A DNA stretch of 63,153 nt, counting the filler, from Hyphochytrium catenoides (lineage: Eukaryota > Protista > Hyphochytriomycota): assembly GCA_900088475.1 (NCBI GenBank). It is 12 parts of 12 records of this genome, joined end to end, with 100 filler letters (N's around TTAATTAATTAA, not from the genome) between each part and the next. Parts side by side here need not be neighbours in the genome. Positions count along the whole stretch, not along the records: positions 9,739 to 20,000 come from FLMG01004051.1; positions 20,101 to 21,785 come from FLMG01003551.1; positions 21,886 to 28,427 come from FLMG01001189.1; 9 more parts are not named here. The stretch is one strand, 5' to 3'. Shown here one piece after another: positions 10,470 through 23,321 of this stretch. Positions within the stretch are counted from its first letter, which is position 1. Each line of letters begins with the position of its first letter. The position numbers were made by a program, and so were the translations under genes. Under the pieces are notes generated by a model. The model saw only the letters and a list, made by a program, of their open reading frames with translations. It was not told the DNA's origin and ran no database searches.

Positions 10470-12900
10470 AGTTTAAAGAACGGGAGAACGACAACTAGCA
10501 GAACTGTTCTGAAAGTTAGAAGACGGATTCCCTCCTCCTGTCGAGACGTGAAGGGTCCCGACCATCATTCCGTCGGTGACAGCATGTGCGGATTGTCCTC
10601 CTCGTCGATTACCACTACTGGTAGCGTCTATGTGTAAGAAACCCAGCCATTTTCGCGTTAATTAGACTCAAAGGACAGTTCCTTCTTCAACGACAGAGAT
10701 AGGAATCGTCGTGCCAACGTAAGCGAGGCTCTTTGCTCCAGCGTTTGTCGTACGAGACATTATCACCAATTTTGATAAGGATTGAGGCGCCATGCCACTG
10801 AGTGTCAGAGGATTACCTATTAAGGAAAACCAGCTCTATAGCGACACATTAATACTAGACTACCGCCAGCCAACCGCGGCTGCGGCACGGAGGGCTGGTG
10901 GGGAAGGGCTAGAAGGAGGACAAAGAATGGTACCGTAGGGAATAACGCGGTAAGGCCAGCATCTTGATAATGATAAACGCGGGAGGAGTGAGGACGTAAT
11001 TGACGTCTTCACGGTGGTTGACCAGGGCCTTGGTTCGGACAAAGCGTGTGGAGGACAGAACTTTTTTCTGTGTGAGCTCAAGACGACCTTTTAGCAGACG
11101 AAAAGAGGTTTTATTGGATATGTCCGAGCTCAGCCGGCCTTCTACTTCTAGCCAGCATAATCTACCTGAGAACGCGGGTAAGGATAGTGCATCAGAGACA
11201 GGTGTTAGAAAATGACAGTTATTCTAGAGGCAAGAGAGAGAATGAGCAGAGAAGAAGCAAAAGGTCGTCTCCTCCCTAACAGCCATCGTTGACTCCCAAA
11301 GTGCCGTAAGAAGACTGTTCAACTTGTGGTTCAGTAGGTGAAAGCTTGTCCTCCTCGGCGTGACCATAGCCTAGGCGCTTGGTGTCTAGATCTGCCGTCT
11401 ACCTAGGCTTAAGTAGTATAGCGCGATGGATAAGACTACGAGGAAGTGCCGCACGGATAATACCATTCGCATCCCTTCCTCCTTGGTCAATATAAGTTTG
11501 TTTCTTCGTTAATGCTTTCCAGCAAGCTCGCTGCTGAAGAAACTCCATCTAGAGCATTCGGGTGGCTAGTTGAAGCCGGACGGACCAGACAGGAGACCTG
11601 TGGTGAGACAATAGGACACCACATTGAATACTAGTTGTTCCAGTGGACGCTGGCACAGAAAGAGGAGTACTGCTGAGGACATGTCATCACATGTGCTGAA
11701 GCAACACCGTACGTACAGCTATGAGCTGACCTCAGGTGATGCACTTGGCTCAGGCTGGTGAGAACACATCTGTCCTTCAATCCCCATCCTTGATCTACTA
11801 CTAGCCTGGTCCAGCCAAAGATGAACCCCGTGAACTTCTTATGATGTATAATAGGTCAAGGCAATGTACAAGTTAACAGGAGGGATTAAGGCAAAATGAT
11901 GGCGGGTAAGTTGCGAAGAAGCAACGAGAAAGTGCAGGGTGTGGTGACAAACGGTAAGGTGTCAAGCAGGTTGGATAGAAGTGGCAGCTTTATTGCACCG
12001 CAGCGTGGGAAGAGTGGTTTTCAGTACTAAGCGACAAGGTTTGGGCTAAAGCACAGACTCTGGATATGTTGTGGGGGATTTGAAGGGAAAAAAACAATGA
12101 GGATAAAGATTCCGAGCTCAGAAGATGAGCGCCTTGTGTTGTTAACCTTGTTGAGGACAATAATGCCTGCTGCTAATATGATCTTGGACCTTCCCCTACT
12201 TTCCTCTTCCTTTCTTTCACCTCCTTCGAGCCCATCGGTCAACTCCTCCCTCTTCCTGTCTTTTCATCTAGTTCTGTGACCTTCGCAAAATCTTTAAAGT
12301 CTTTGGTGGTCTGGTGTGAATGAGTTGGTCTAAGCCTTCTCGATAAACCTCTTGTCGCGTTCTGGTTCACCACTTTTCTGCTCATCTTCCTCTCCTTTTG
12401 TATATTCCCGCTTTATTATCAACCAGATCCTCATCCTGCCTTCGACAATATTTCTCCCTGTCCTTAGGATTCTCTTATGCTCCCTTTATTGTCAACTTGT
12501 CTTGCTCACAGGCACCGAGGAGATGATGTAGAGGTGGTGGATCGAGAGAATCTTGCGGCTTATAAGAGAGTGTTGCTGGTGGGCGGCGGTATTCCATGAA
12601 TAAACGTTCTTTGTAAAGTTTCGAGATCTTATCATGAAAGCTCTTGTTGACAACAGACACCTGATATATGATTGGTTCAATATTGATCATAGCTCTATTG
12701 GCTCCTTCCAATCACGATAAAGTGGATGATCCATACTACCTACCCTGGGAATGAAGCAGCTAAACGACTAGCTGTCACCCAGTAGGATGACTTGTTATTC
12801 TAGAGGGAACCAAATGCACGATTAATGTAAGTAAAGGATGGACAAGTGAACTTCTCAAGGCAAATTGTCCAGAAAGCAAGGGAGTGACAGCCGGTAGGAG
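10470..12900 (-). mobile_element. Highly decayed Ty3/gypsy-like pol remnant (RT-RNaseH-integrase order)
   Basis: Minus-strand translation near 11430-11490 (TKEEGMRMVLSVRHFL) resembles RNase H TEKECLAVVxAVRHF. A weak integrase-like S-V-A-W at ~10790 lies downstream. Many stops and frameshifts; boundaries approximate. Confidence 0.35.
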
Positions 12901-15559
12901 GGAGAAGGCCAGTCGTCTATCCATTCGCTAATGGACGATGGTCTATCTGGTTAGCAGCAGAGTCTGGCGACGACCGAACTAGACGAACAGAACAATCTCA
13001 AAGGTAAGCCGAGATCATGTAGGAGTGACTTCTGCCATTAGTTGTCTGAGCTCGGAAAGCATCTTGTACAGAGTTCAGATGCAAGAATTGATACCAATAC
13101 CAGCTGTCTATTCCGTTGTGGTCTTTGTCCTCCCGTCTGTCTGGAGTGCCAATACGTGCTCTACGTTCGCTCCGTTCCTTACCTCTTCCTCTTTAGGAAG
13201 CAAAGGATTGATCTTTTAGTAAAATGTAAAATGGAAGAACCGGCGAAGTAAGGGCAATGACTTTACTCCTTTTTTGTCGACATAGTTGGTTAGCTTAATT
13301 ATCATCTGTAACTTGGCTAACCAGTAGTCACCAACAAGCAAGAGAAACCAAATAATTGAAGGGCTCAATACGACTGGCGCTTCAATCAAAGTTCTACTGA
13401 ATGCACAAATGGAGAGTTCCTAGTCAGCAAGGACAATCTACCACAGAAAGCGAAGAGAGTAACAGAGAAGCTGGGAGACAGAAAATAAAACGTAAAGCTA
13501 TATTTGAATACAACAGAGAGAAAGAGCGGAGAAAGCAAAGAGAAAGAGATGTCTCCTTCTTGGGAGCCACTTCATGATTCCGAGTGCCAGGACTACCCTT
13601 TCTGCGCTTCAGTAGCATCGAAGGCTGCCTCTCAGTCCCGAGCAGCGCTGTGTCCCATACACCAGCTAGTCAGGTCGCATCCTCTGCTAAGAAGGCAGTA
13701 GAGATGGAAGAACGACGACGACTAGCTAGTAGCACAGATAAAATCGTAGGACAAAAAAATTTCTGTCGCCTGTGCTCAGTCTTTCTTATCCCCTATTCTG
13801 TCCATTGTGTGAGCCTGAACTGTTCAAGTTAGTAGAACTAGGAGTTGGATTGGACGGAGCAGGTACCTTCCGCAGCCAGATTGTCTAAATTACTTCTTCT
13901 ATCACTTCCACCACCTAACCACCAGCCGTCCGCCGGCGCGTATACGTGTAGTAGTATGTAAAAAGTGTGAGTCAATGGGTTTAGCTAAGTTTAAGTCTTC
14001 GCTTCGGCTGGCCGGGACTCAGCTCCGACAAAGCTCTGCAGAGGAAGGTCTAAGGCGATTCTGAGGACTTTTCTCTTAGATGGAACTTTATTGACTGATT
14101 GACATTATTAGCAGAAGCAAACTGATCTCAGGGAGAGCAGAGAGCGACAGAGGGAGAGAAGGAATAGAACCAGAGATGATGAGAGCAGCCTCCTTCGTAG
14201 CAAGCGCTACGCTGATAGCTAACCATTGGCCCAGGAGACTCGGGCTACCCATCCTCGTCGGCTAGTTCCTCTAAAGGCCGCGGCGCTCCCGCCAGCGCCT
14301 TCTCCTATCCACCTCCTGGCCCCAGCGCTAGCTCCAAGAGATAAAGCGAGAGCTTGTAGTTCAGAGGAGTATATGGTACTACAACACGGAGTACTCACAT
14401 ATAACAATACGAAGGGGCCCAGGCAGTATATGTCACGCGTTGCTACGAATGATCGAGCATTATCTTGTTGCTGAGATTTAACCATCAAGTCGTCCCCTCA
14501 TAGCTATGGGGTAACGAGAGCTTTCTCTAAAGGTCAAGGGAAAAATTAAAGAAGCTGTCGAGGTGTTGCCGACAAAACCCAACCTTGTAGAGATAGAGTA
14601 TGTATTCTTTGCTTTGGCTAACCCTGCGTAGAGGCCCGACCGTCAAGAATAGCAATCGCGCAAATTAGGTAGGTTTGCATAAAAGAACTATCTGTCGTAC
14701 CGCAATGACGGAGACTAGTCGTCTTGGCCCATGCCGCCCTTATCTAAGTTTGATCATGAACTCCTCTCCTAGAAAATCTCCTATTCCTAAAAATAAGTGG
14801 GCGTGCCGTCCCAAGAAGGCTGTATTGCCGATTTTCTTAGGACTTACATACTTAGCTTTACCGATATCAAGACACCAATTTTTAGAGGAAGAGGAGGAAT
14901 CCGCAGCTCCAGATAATAATCCGAAATCCGATTATATATCGTCGTGAACATACTTCAGATAGCAGTATCAAGTAATAAGCAATCCAAACTAGCTGAAGAA
15001 GCAGAAGGAGGATCCATCAGACTCGGTCTGTGCTACGTATCGATCAGCAGGCACGGGGCTAGGAAGGCTTTCTAATCAAAGGAGATGCCCGGAAGCACAG
15101 AAAGCTCTTCTGCAGAGTCGTCTGTAGACTGAGTTGCCGAAAAGTCGACAGTCAGGTCTACAAAGCACTACTGATAAATCGACAAAGCTGGAAAGAAATA
15201 AAAGAACGGCTCATCGACTGGGGTTGTTGCTTCCGTAACTGGAATTAAACGACTGACTCGAACTAGAGCTGTAGAAAGAAGCTCCTCTTCCTTCATCTCC
15301 TTTTCTGTCCATCACAACCACTGATAACCCCCGTACTAAAATCCCTGTTCAACTCTTTCTCCTTGTGCTACTGTGCTACTCCCTAGAGCGTCTGACACTG
15401 TCTTTCTCTCTCTACGTCTTCTCTCTCACTCCTCCCTACTAGACCTACCTTTCGTAGCTCACCCCCCCTGTTCTTCTCCTCCATGGGGATCCAAGAAGCT
15501 TCGATGCTGTCATCGTTATTAATGCCCATCCATACGTTGACACTGACCGTTTGGTATTT

Positions 15560-16075
15560 CAGATCTACTACAGATAGAATAGTGGCTCCTTACCCCTTTC
15601 AGCTTCCAGTTTAAGAGAGAACTCTGCTTCACAGCTTCTGAACTAACCAAGAAGCAAACGGCTTGGCAAGTGATGCTCCTCCTTGCACCCTGTTACACTA
15701 GTGTTGGTACCTCTCTTGCACCAATCTCTAGCGAGAAGAAGCCGGTGGCCATGACAACTCAGGTCGAGGAGGGCTGCTATTCCGGCTTGCCGTGGGCTTA
15801 CAGAGCTAATGTTAAAAAAGAACGAACGTTACCACGCAGGGCAACCTCGATACAATTTTAGAATAGAGGTCAACAACAGCTACTACCTGTTGGAATCTGT
15901 ACATCGCCCTAATGTAAGTTTCATCATAAGTCTACATACAAGACCTATATGAGGAAACTCGGAGTCTGAGGTGGTAATGGCTAATAGCCCCAGACGCAAT
16001 GTAAGACCGCGCCAGGTCATTGACTGAATGTAAACGGGCACACCGTAGGGTGCTGGCATGGCTAGCAGGAACACT
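15560..16075 (-). mobile_element. Decayed Ty1/copia RT/RNase H fragment
   Basis: Minus strand gives SCEAEF near 15615-15640 (copia SSxEAEY motif) and VYIQ..IGLVCRLMM (decayed VYMxQP / YVDD region) at 15883-16074. Confidence 0.45.
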
Positions 16076-16764
16076 GTGTTCCGGTACCGGGAAAATTTTT
16101 CAGTCTTCTATTTATTTATAAACACAACAAACCAACGGTCGAAATTTATCTTTCTCTAGCTCTGATCCCACAATTTTAGTGGTTGACAGAGGCAGACCCA
16201 TTGGTGGACCACTCCGTCACATACAAGAAAGCGGGCGACAAGGTTGGAGTCTGGATGATTACAAAAGATATAGTGCATAGGACACTCAAAGCACCCGTCT
16301 CGGTCGGTTATGCTCGAGAGCATTCTGTAACGGTCAAGGGCGGATCGCCAAGGTGCAATCGGGCTTTAGGTAGGGCAACCAGAAAGAATAGAAGGTCGAT
16401 CTGTGATGGTAATTTCTTTAGTGTGTTCCTCTCGCCTATTAATATAGTCCTAACACTTGCTGGTATTTTGAACCCACCTCGACACGCACCATAATTGCGG
16501 GAAGGAAGATTCTAATGTTTCAGGCACTATTTTCGGCCCCACAATCACCTCTTTTCCGCGCTTTCGAAAAGCGACGGTGGTAAATCGGCATCGCTGAGTT
16601 CATTGGCGCCATCATTTTCTTCTGAATCGGCTTCCCGGAGAGTCGGCCCAATTATCAAGGCAAGAAGAACAGCAGGTTCTGCGGGCAAAAAGTCTAATAC
16701 TGTCCATTACCTTCCCTTTCTCCTAATCAAGAACCCAGGTCAAGCGGCAAGGACCATCTACATT

Positions 16765-17700
16765 ATGAGCTCTTTCATGGTTACGATATCAAAACCACTA
16801 CAAGGGATGGAGAACTATCCTGTTTGGCGAGTGAAGATGGAGGCTTATCCGATGAACCGAACCTCCTTCATCATGTTGACGGGGGCCAAGGATCCCACCC
16901 ATAGCTCCTCAAAGAACAAGCGATGTCTACGTGTACGGCTTGTTATATTATGTATGGGGTTTGAAGACACTCTTATTTATGTTATCTGGTCTACTTATAT
17001 AGACAGAAAGAGTATGATGAAGAGCTTATGGAATATGGGACCTTGTTTTCCTAGTTACCATGTCTACTTTGTTCTAAGCAGTAACTGTGTCTTGTAAAAT
17101 CTGCATGACCCAGTTACTGCTCTTCACTTCCCATGAAGACTTACCTTGTGCTAAAAGCCTAGTTACTCGAACCCTGAAACACTTTATTCCGTGAATTCTC
17201 CCTCTTATGAGGTAGAGTCTGAAACTGAGAGCTTTTTCAGAGCTTTGTAAGTCAGCTCTCAACAGGACTATGATGCAGTCTTGCCTAAGAGATGACAAAA
17301 GGGCGTTCATTCAACAACAAGATTGTCTTGGCAGAGGCTGACAACATCATTCCATTTCTTACCTCGCAGGAGAAAAACCTGGCTCAAATCGGAAGAAATT
17401 TTCGAGAGCAGAAAGGTAAACAACATTCTCACTACTCTTACCTCCTCTTATCGGCAAAGGTAGATGAAGAACAAGACATTTGCCCATTCCTATGCGAGCA
17501 GAGGAAAAAGAAGATTGATCTACTTCGCGACTACTTCGCGAAACGATGGAGAAGAGGTTGTCTACGACAGAATCTACAAAGCTGCAGTACTTCTTCTGGC
17601 TCTTCCAATCCCATATGAAGGTATTGCCCACGCCATCCAAGTGCCTGCAGAACGGGGAACTATGTGCAAGTGCCGTACATGACATTCCTATCGGAGAACA
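16765..17700 (+). mobile_element. Decayed Ty1/copia gag (UBN2-type) interrupted by an LTR
   Basis: LQGMENYPVWRVKMEAY is the copia gag N-terminal NYxxW motif. After the insertion the gag continues as RDDKRAF..IVLAEADNIIPFLT..LLLSAKVDEEQDI. Confidence 0.65.
16941..17264 (-). mobile_element. Solo LTR related to the LTR at 18397-18641
   Basis: About 17030-17264 aligns by eye with 18415-18641 (catg.ccc.gttactg..cttcacttcccatga.gactta..ctgaaacacttt..ttctccctctt.tgagg..actgagagctttt..tcaaca). Right end is TCAACA; left end is tentatively TGTTA at 16941. Confidence 0.7.
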
Positions 17701-18396
17701 GCACCGAAGACGTGCTATGCGCACTACCAAGAAGAGTTATGCTGAAGAAGAACGAAGGCTTTGCGGCATATTCTCAAGATTGAGAAAGGATAAAAAACGA
17801 ACCCCATCATCATCATCAAGAGACCAACAAAACAAGACTCATTCAGAATCATCTTCAACGAACCCTCAACACCAAAGTTCTTGGCAAGCAATGGCGAGAG
17901 TGCCTAGTTTTGCTGAAGTCGCAGCCATCCTTCGAAGAAATGCAGGGAACTTGAGCAGAACGCTTTGACACCACACATCTTTCTGGAAATCACGCCTCTA
18001 AGGGGGGGAATCTGTCCAAAGACATTACCCAGTCTCTTTGTTATCGTTGCTAGATTTGTATATCACTTGGTGGTGAGCAATTTGAGTTATTATTGGGAGG
18101 AGTCTGAATATTGCGAGAAAAGTTTTGTACGCTCCAGGGTTCGAATTTAGGACCTCTCTACTTGATGCCGACACCCTAACCAGTAATGCAATTTACATCA
18201 AACTTACACTCTACCTAGTCTCCTTATTGTATATTTACTGGGGGTTTTCAACTCTGCGTCGTCCGCAGTACACTTCTTGGTTCCAGCGTCGATCACAGTG
18301 CAACTCGTTTCATCTACTCGTACAGAATCTTCAGGCATTGCCATCCTGGTTTGTAAAACTCATCACTCACCGCGTGTACCTCTAGCCATAACGCAC

Positions 18397-18641
18397 TGTT
18401 GACTAATAAATATCCAATATGCCACTAGTTATCAGGTTGTCTAGATTTTTTGTTAGTAACAGTGGCTTGTACTATCTACATGGCCCGGTTACTGTTTCTT
18501 CACTTCCCATGATGACTTACTTTGTGATAATAGCCTACTTACTATAACTCTGAAACACTTTCCTCTCTGTCTTCTCCCTCTTGTGAGGAGAGTCTGGCAC
18601 TGAGAGCTTTTCAGAGCCTTTGTCAGCTTCTGCCCTCAACA
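18397..18641 (-). mobile_element. Copia LTR (245 bp, TGTTGA...TCAACA)
   Basis: Perfect 6-bp terminal inverted repeats. On the minus strand it is immediately preceded by the polypurine tract GCGGGGAGG, downstream of the RNase H coding region. Confidence 0.85.
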
Positions 18642-19400
18642 CCTCCCCGCAGGTCCAGACTCCTCGAGTCTCCGTCGGCCTCCCCCTTGTCGTCGCCCGA
18701 AGGTAGACTTTGTCTTACGCAAGTGGGTGGGACACTCCCCAGTGGTGGTAGAAGCTCTCGGAGGTGCTAGTAACGCCTTCGTGAGTATGTCAGAAGTCAT
18801 CCTCTTGGTTGGACAGTGTTGCAATTCCAAGACTTCGCGATTCACCTGACCCCTAACCATACAGTGCTTGACATCACTATATTTCGATTTTGGTCTCAGC
18901 ATCTCGCAGACTGTTATTGTACTCTTGTTGTTTAATATCCTGTGCAAGGGTGGGTTTAGTCAGTGGACACTGAAGCTCCTGTAAGAAATAAGGGATGTGC
19001 TCGTTGGAATCTGAGGGCACAGCTATGTGGACTACAAGCTGGCAAGTTAAAATACCCGAATTACAGCTCCAAACTCCCAGTAGAAGCCGAGATATAAAGC
19101 AAACGAATTTTACCTGTTTATACATACCTATGGCTTATGGTCAGTACCCCTGAATACCTTCGGACTGACTGTTCTGGACAAGAATATCTCTATGACTGAA
19201 TATCTTAGGGTTTACTACGAATAGTAGGCATAGTCGGTATGCTCTAGATTGTGGGACCCCAGCTGGGCTTGTAGAGCAGCACTCTCATCTAATGACACTG
19301 TCCGATCATACCATATAATCCAACAGTCTGTCGGTGCTACAATGTTCGTTGTCAGTAGTACAGAAGTTATTTGTATGGGATGATGGGACAATGTCATTAG
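18642..19400 (-). mobile_element. Ty1/copia RT C-terminus and RNase H, decayed
   Basis: KSKYSDVKHCMVRGQVNREVLELQHCPTKRMTSDILTKAL matches copia RTKHIDVxxHFVRE..MxADIxTKAL. The upstream LGSHNLEHTDYAY resembles VGSLxYL..TRPDIAYA. Confidence 0.85.
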
Positions 19401-19471
19401 ATGTGAGTGCTCTACTTATAAGCCCAACCGGGGTCCCATAAACTAGAGCTATTCTGACTATGCCAACTATT

Positions 19472-19620
19472 CCTAATTGGCGAGCCCGAAGGGCGAAGCT
19501 TTTTTGTTTAGGTTTTTGCTTCAGGCGGTGCAGAATTTTTTTCCGATTTGTTCGTCCGCGTCTGTCTGTCTGTCTGTCTGTCTGTCTGTTCACAGGTAGT
19601 AAATCGTACCCCCGGACCAG
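19472..19620 (+). mobile_element. Possible Helentron-associated (DINE-1/HINE-like) element 5' end
   Basis: tt-ggcga GCCC-GAA-GGGC hairpin (19484-19494) followed by a T-rich stretch and (TCTG)7 at 19561-19588. No 3' end seen. Confidence 0.35.
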
Positions 19621-20611
19621 CACAGATTTGAGGATGACGTTAATTCATGATTTGTTTCCAATCACCATTTAGATAAGCTTTCTCGGTTCGAATAACTGTA
19701 AGTGCTTACGTTAATAGGAACATGAAAGGGGGGTGAAAAGAAGCCAAAGGGACTTTGAAAACAAATGCAAATGTCGTTAATTCTGTCATTGGTCAGTTTT
19801 TGTAATCACCAAATAATCAATTCATCGAAAGTATATTGTTCGTCCTTTGGGTTCATTAGTTCATTCCCAAAACAAGCCAAAGGGTGTATTTGTTTCACGA
19901 AAGGGGGCAGGTTTCGGTACTGTATAGTCTAATTGTACTCTCAGTTCTTTTTGGCGCTGTACTCTGTAGTCGTTTTTCCGCTTTTCCCTATTCCCCATAC
20001 NNNNNNNNNNNNNNNNNNNNNNNNNNNNNNNNNNNNNNNNNNNNTTAATTAATTAANNNNNNNNNNNNNNNNNNNNNNNNNNNNNNNNNNNNNNNNNNNN
20101 CAAGACCAGACTAGACTCTCGTTGACTTCATTCTTGACGCCCGAACATTATCCATACCTAGGCAGCCATGTCACGCCGCTTCTCACCTGGATATATTCAT
20201 CTTTCAAGGTCTCCTCTCTCTCTCAAAATAAGCTGTTATGAAATCAAGAAGGCACTTTGCAACCTTATTCCTGCGGCAGGGTATCCCCTCATTGACTTAT
20301 TAGCTTATCATCGGTCCTCTGGATCTGAGTCTCCAAATCTTCACTAAATCTTCAAAAATCTCTCAAAATCTTCACCTTGAAGCTGAAAAATCTGTCAACT
20401 CTCTCTTCGTGTTCGTTGTACGAGTACTTGTGGTTCACTAAAGGAGAGTATGGCGTTGTACACTCCAGGGACGGTTAACGGCTAGAGGAAAACTTCAGCT
20501 CCATGAAAGGTCAATGTTTCAAGTAATTTTCGCGCAGTCGCGCCTCCAGTCATCGGAAGGGGAAGTTCCTCTCTTCTGATGATGGTTCGCATCCTCTCAG
20601 CAACAACTGGG

Positions 20612-20650
<39 letters not shown>

Positions 20651-20805
20651 GGAGGACACAGAGAGAGAGAGGGGGGGGGAAAGGGAGAGGGACAGAGAGA
20701 GAGAGAGACAGAGAGAGAGAGATTGAGGCCGGGGGAAGAGAGAGAGCGAGGGAGGGAGAGGGAGAGAGGAGAGAAAGAGAGAGAGAGAGAGAAAGAGAGA
20801 GAGAG

Positions 20806-20838
<33 letters not shown>

Positions 20839-21056
20839 AGAAGAGAGAGGGAGAGGAAGAGAACACACCTGAAGAGAGGATAAGAACCTTCCTCATAGGC
20901 CATCTTCATAAACCCGGCGCGGCCCTGACGCTCAATAGAAGAGAGAGCCTCTGCCAAGCCCAAAGCCCTGAGGACGGGGACGTTGACAGAGGCAGCTCTC
21001 CAGCGCCAGCAGACTCGAATTGACGGATAGTGCGGACGAAGGCAATAAGAAGCATC

Positions 21057-21583
21057 ATGACAGAGACTGGAGATCCGTTCCAAGAGCTGCGCGGCAATTC
21101 TCATGCCAAGCACGAGCAGAAAGCGAAGGTAAACGGACAGCTCTTGGCTCTGATCCTCTCTTCATCCCTGGAAGATTGCTCATTTCCTGCTGCTGCCGCT
21201 CAGATGCACGTTATCCTGACTGCCATTGAGGAAGTTATAGAGGAGAGAGGAGGAACGAAAAGAGGAGCTGTCCCTACGCCAACGGAGTACTTTGGGGCCA
21301 TAATGATAGCATTAGAGGCAGCTGACAGCGAGCATGCCGTGGAAGTAAGTGCGCCTGCAGCGTCTGAAAGGACCGTGCGCTTCTCCCACACTCTCCCTCT
21401 CTCTTCCGTATTTTCTCTCTATCTCTCTCTTTCACATTCTTCATCTTCGTCTCTCGTTAACACTGCTCCTTCGCTGCATTGCAGTTGGCCACCTTGCTTT
21501 CAATGGTGATGCCCCAGGTCCCAAAGCCAGTCCTTCGCTCTCGATTCAGCTCTATCGTCGGCATCCTTGCCAATCTGCTCAAG
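21057..21583 (+). CDS. RRP12: RRP12-like ribosome biogenesis protein, N-terminal exons (truncated by contig end)
   Basis: Exons 21057-21128, 21204-21344 and 21485-21583: MHVILTAIEEVIEERGG..PTPTEYFGAIMIALE..LATLLSMVMPQVPKPVLRSRFS, matching RRP12 VLAAVTEVI..TETEYFAALM..LLNLVLKRVPSPVLIKKFS. True start uncertain. Confidence 0.8.
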
Positions 21584-22053
21584 GTAAACTGCCACCAAAG
21601 TTCCTTGTGTCCAATCTAACCCTGGTCTTCGAAAGAAGAAAGGATGGTATGGGAAAGAAGAGAGACAGGGGGACGAATGGGAGGAAAGAAGGACTGACAA
21701 AGCGTGCAAGAGAGACAGCGAGAGGACGCATCAGAGAGCCGAGAGGGCTAAAGTGATTGCGCCTAATAAGCAGACTTCTGCTCTCNNNNNNNNNNNNNNN
21801 NNNNNNNNNNNNNNNNNNNNNNNNNNNNNTTAATTAATTAANNNNNNNNNNNNNNNNNNNNNNNNNNNNNNNNNNNNNNNNNNNNCTCCTTGCCTACTCC
21901 TTGTATTAACCTGCTTTAAGGAAGTGTTCTCCATCCTGATCCTTGACCGCATGGGGCGCTCCAACAGATGTTCTGACAACAGACTAAGCGTTACCAGCTA
22001 CTGAGGTTGAAGTTCCACTTGTTGCCCCCTTGTCATGGATCTGTCATGGATCT

Positions 22054-22090
<37 letters not shown>

Positions 22091-22106
22091 GCTAAGAGAA
22101 AGCCAG

Positions 22107-22143
<37 letters not shown>

Positions 22144-22213
22144 GGAGAGAAAAGAAAGAAGAGGCGAGAGAGAGAAGAGCGCGAGAGAGAGCCAGAGAGC
22201 AAGAGCCAGAGAA

Positions 22214-22257
<44 letters not shown>

Positions 22258-23321
22258 CGGGGGAAGTCAAAGAGGTATCTGTAAGATGCGAGAAGAGAGT
22301 GGCAGGAGGGAGGGAAGAGAAAGGTCCACTTTGCTGCCTTCCCAGTTCATTCTGAGGAGCAGCAGCAGCAGGAAACATCTCGAAGACGATAGAAGGAGAG
22401 GAGGACTCAGGGCAACAAAGGCAGTATGACTGCAGATGGAAAAAAGAGACCGGGAAGATCAGAGAAACAAAGCCTTATAAATAGAGGGAAGCACGGTGGC
22501 AGAAGAAGCAAGCAACAAGAAGGCAAAGAAGAGATCAGGTAGGTCTCCGGGTAAGCTGACCACTAAGATGGTCAGATGGTTCCAGTGCCCTCTCAATACA
22601 GGGAAACCAACACAGCGTATTGAGAGGAGGACGGAGGACAGTTCCTTTATAGACAGATGAATGGGAGGATGCCGGATGTCTGCAATTCCAGCACTACTAG
22701 AGTTACAAGGCAACAGAGAGAGAGAAAGAAAGAGGAAGAGAGAGAGAATAGAGAAAGAGGTTCAAAAGGAAGCCGTGAGTCCGTCCATCACAATCAAGCG
22801 AGTAAAGTAACGCTTGGATAGGAACAACTTCCTACCACCGCCTCACCTCTGCCTGACGCTGATGGTAGGCACCGAAGAAGAGGGAGCCTAAGAAATGACA
22901 GACTAACGCCGTTATTAGCTGAGTGCACATCGTCTGGACATCGTGAGGCGACCGAGCGTACGGGGTAGCGCGCGGTGAGCGGCATTTCCATCCATTTTTC
23001 TATGCAGATCAGGCAAGATCTAGACTCCTACCTCGAAGGGACGGTACAGGAAAGTAAACGATAAAAGGATGGATTATCTTGCTTAGAACAGACAAAGAAG
23101 ACCTTAAGGTCAGAAGTGACCATCACTTCCTAGCTCTCTCAAAGAGAGCTCAGATGTTGACAGGCGTGGCTCTCATAGTGACCGCGTTTCTACATTCTTG
23201 CTATCCACGACAATGGCATCGAAAAGGGAGATGGGAGAGAGAATGAGAGAGAATCGGAGAAAGAGAGAGAAGAGAAGTGGTAGCTACTTGTGGATGGTAC
23301 ATTTGAAACAGTTACGAGCGG

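Noticed and set aside
18137-18150. GGTTCGAAT B-box-like motifs (also ~19685) as tRNA/SINE
   Set aside because: No cloverleaf or A-box could be built around them.
20101-21050. Upstream RRP12 exons or a divergent minus-strand gene around the AG tract
   Set aside because: All plausible splice joins hit stops or give unrecognisable peptides.
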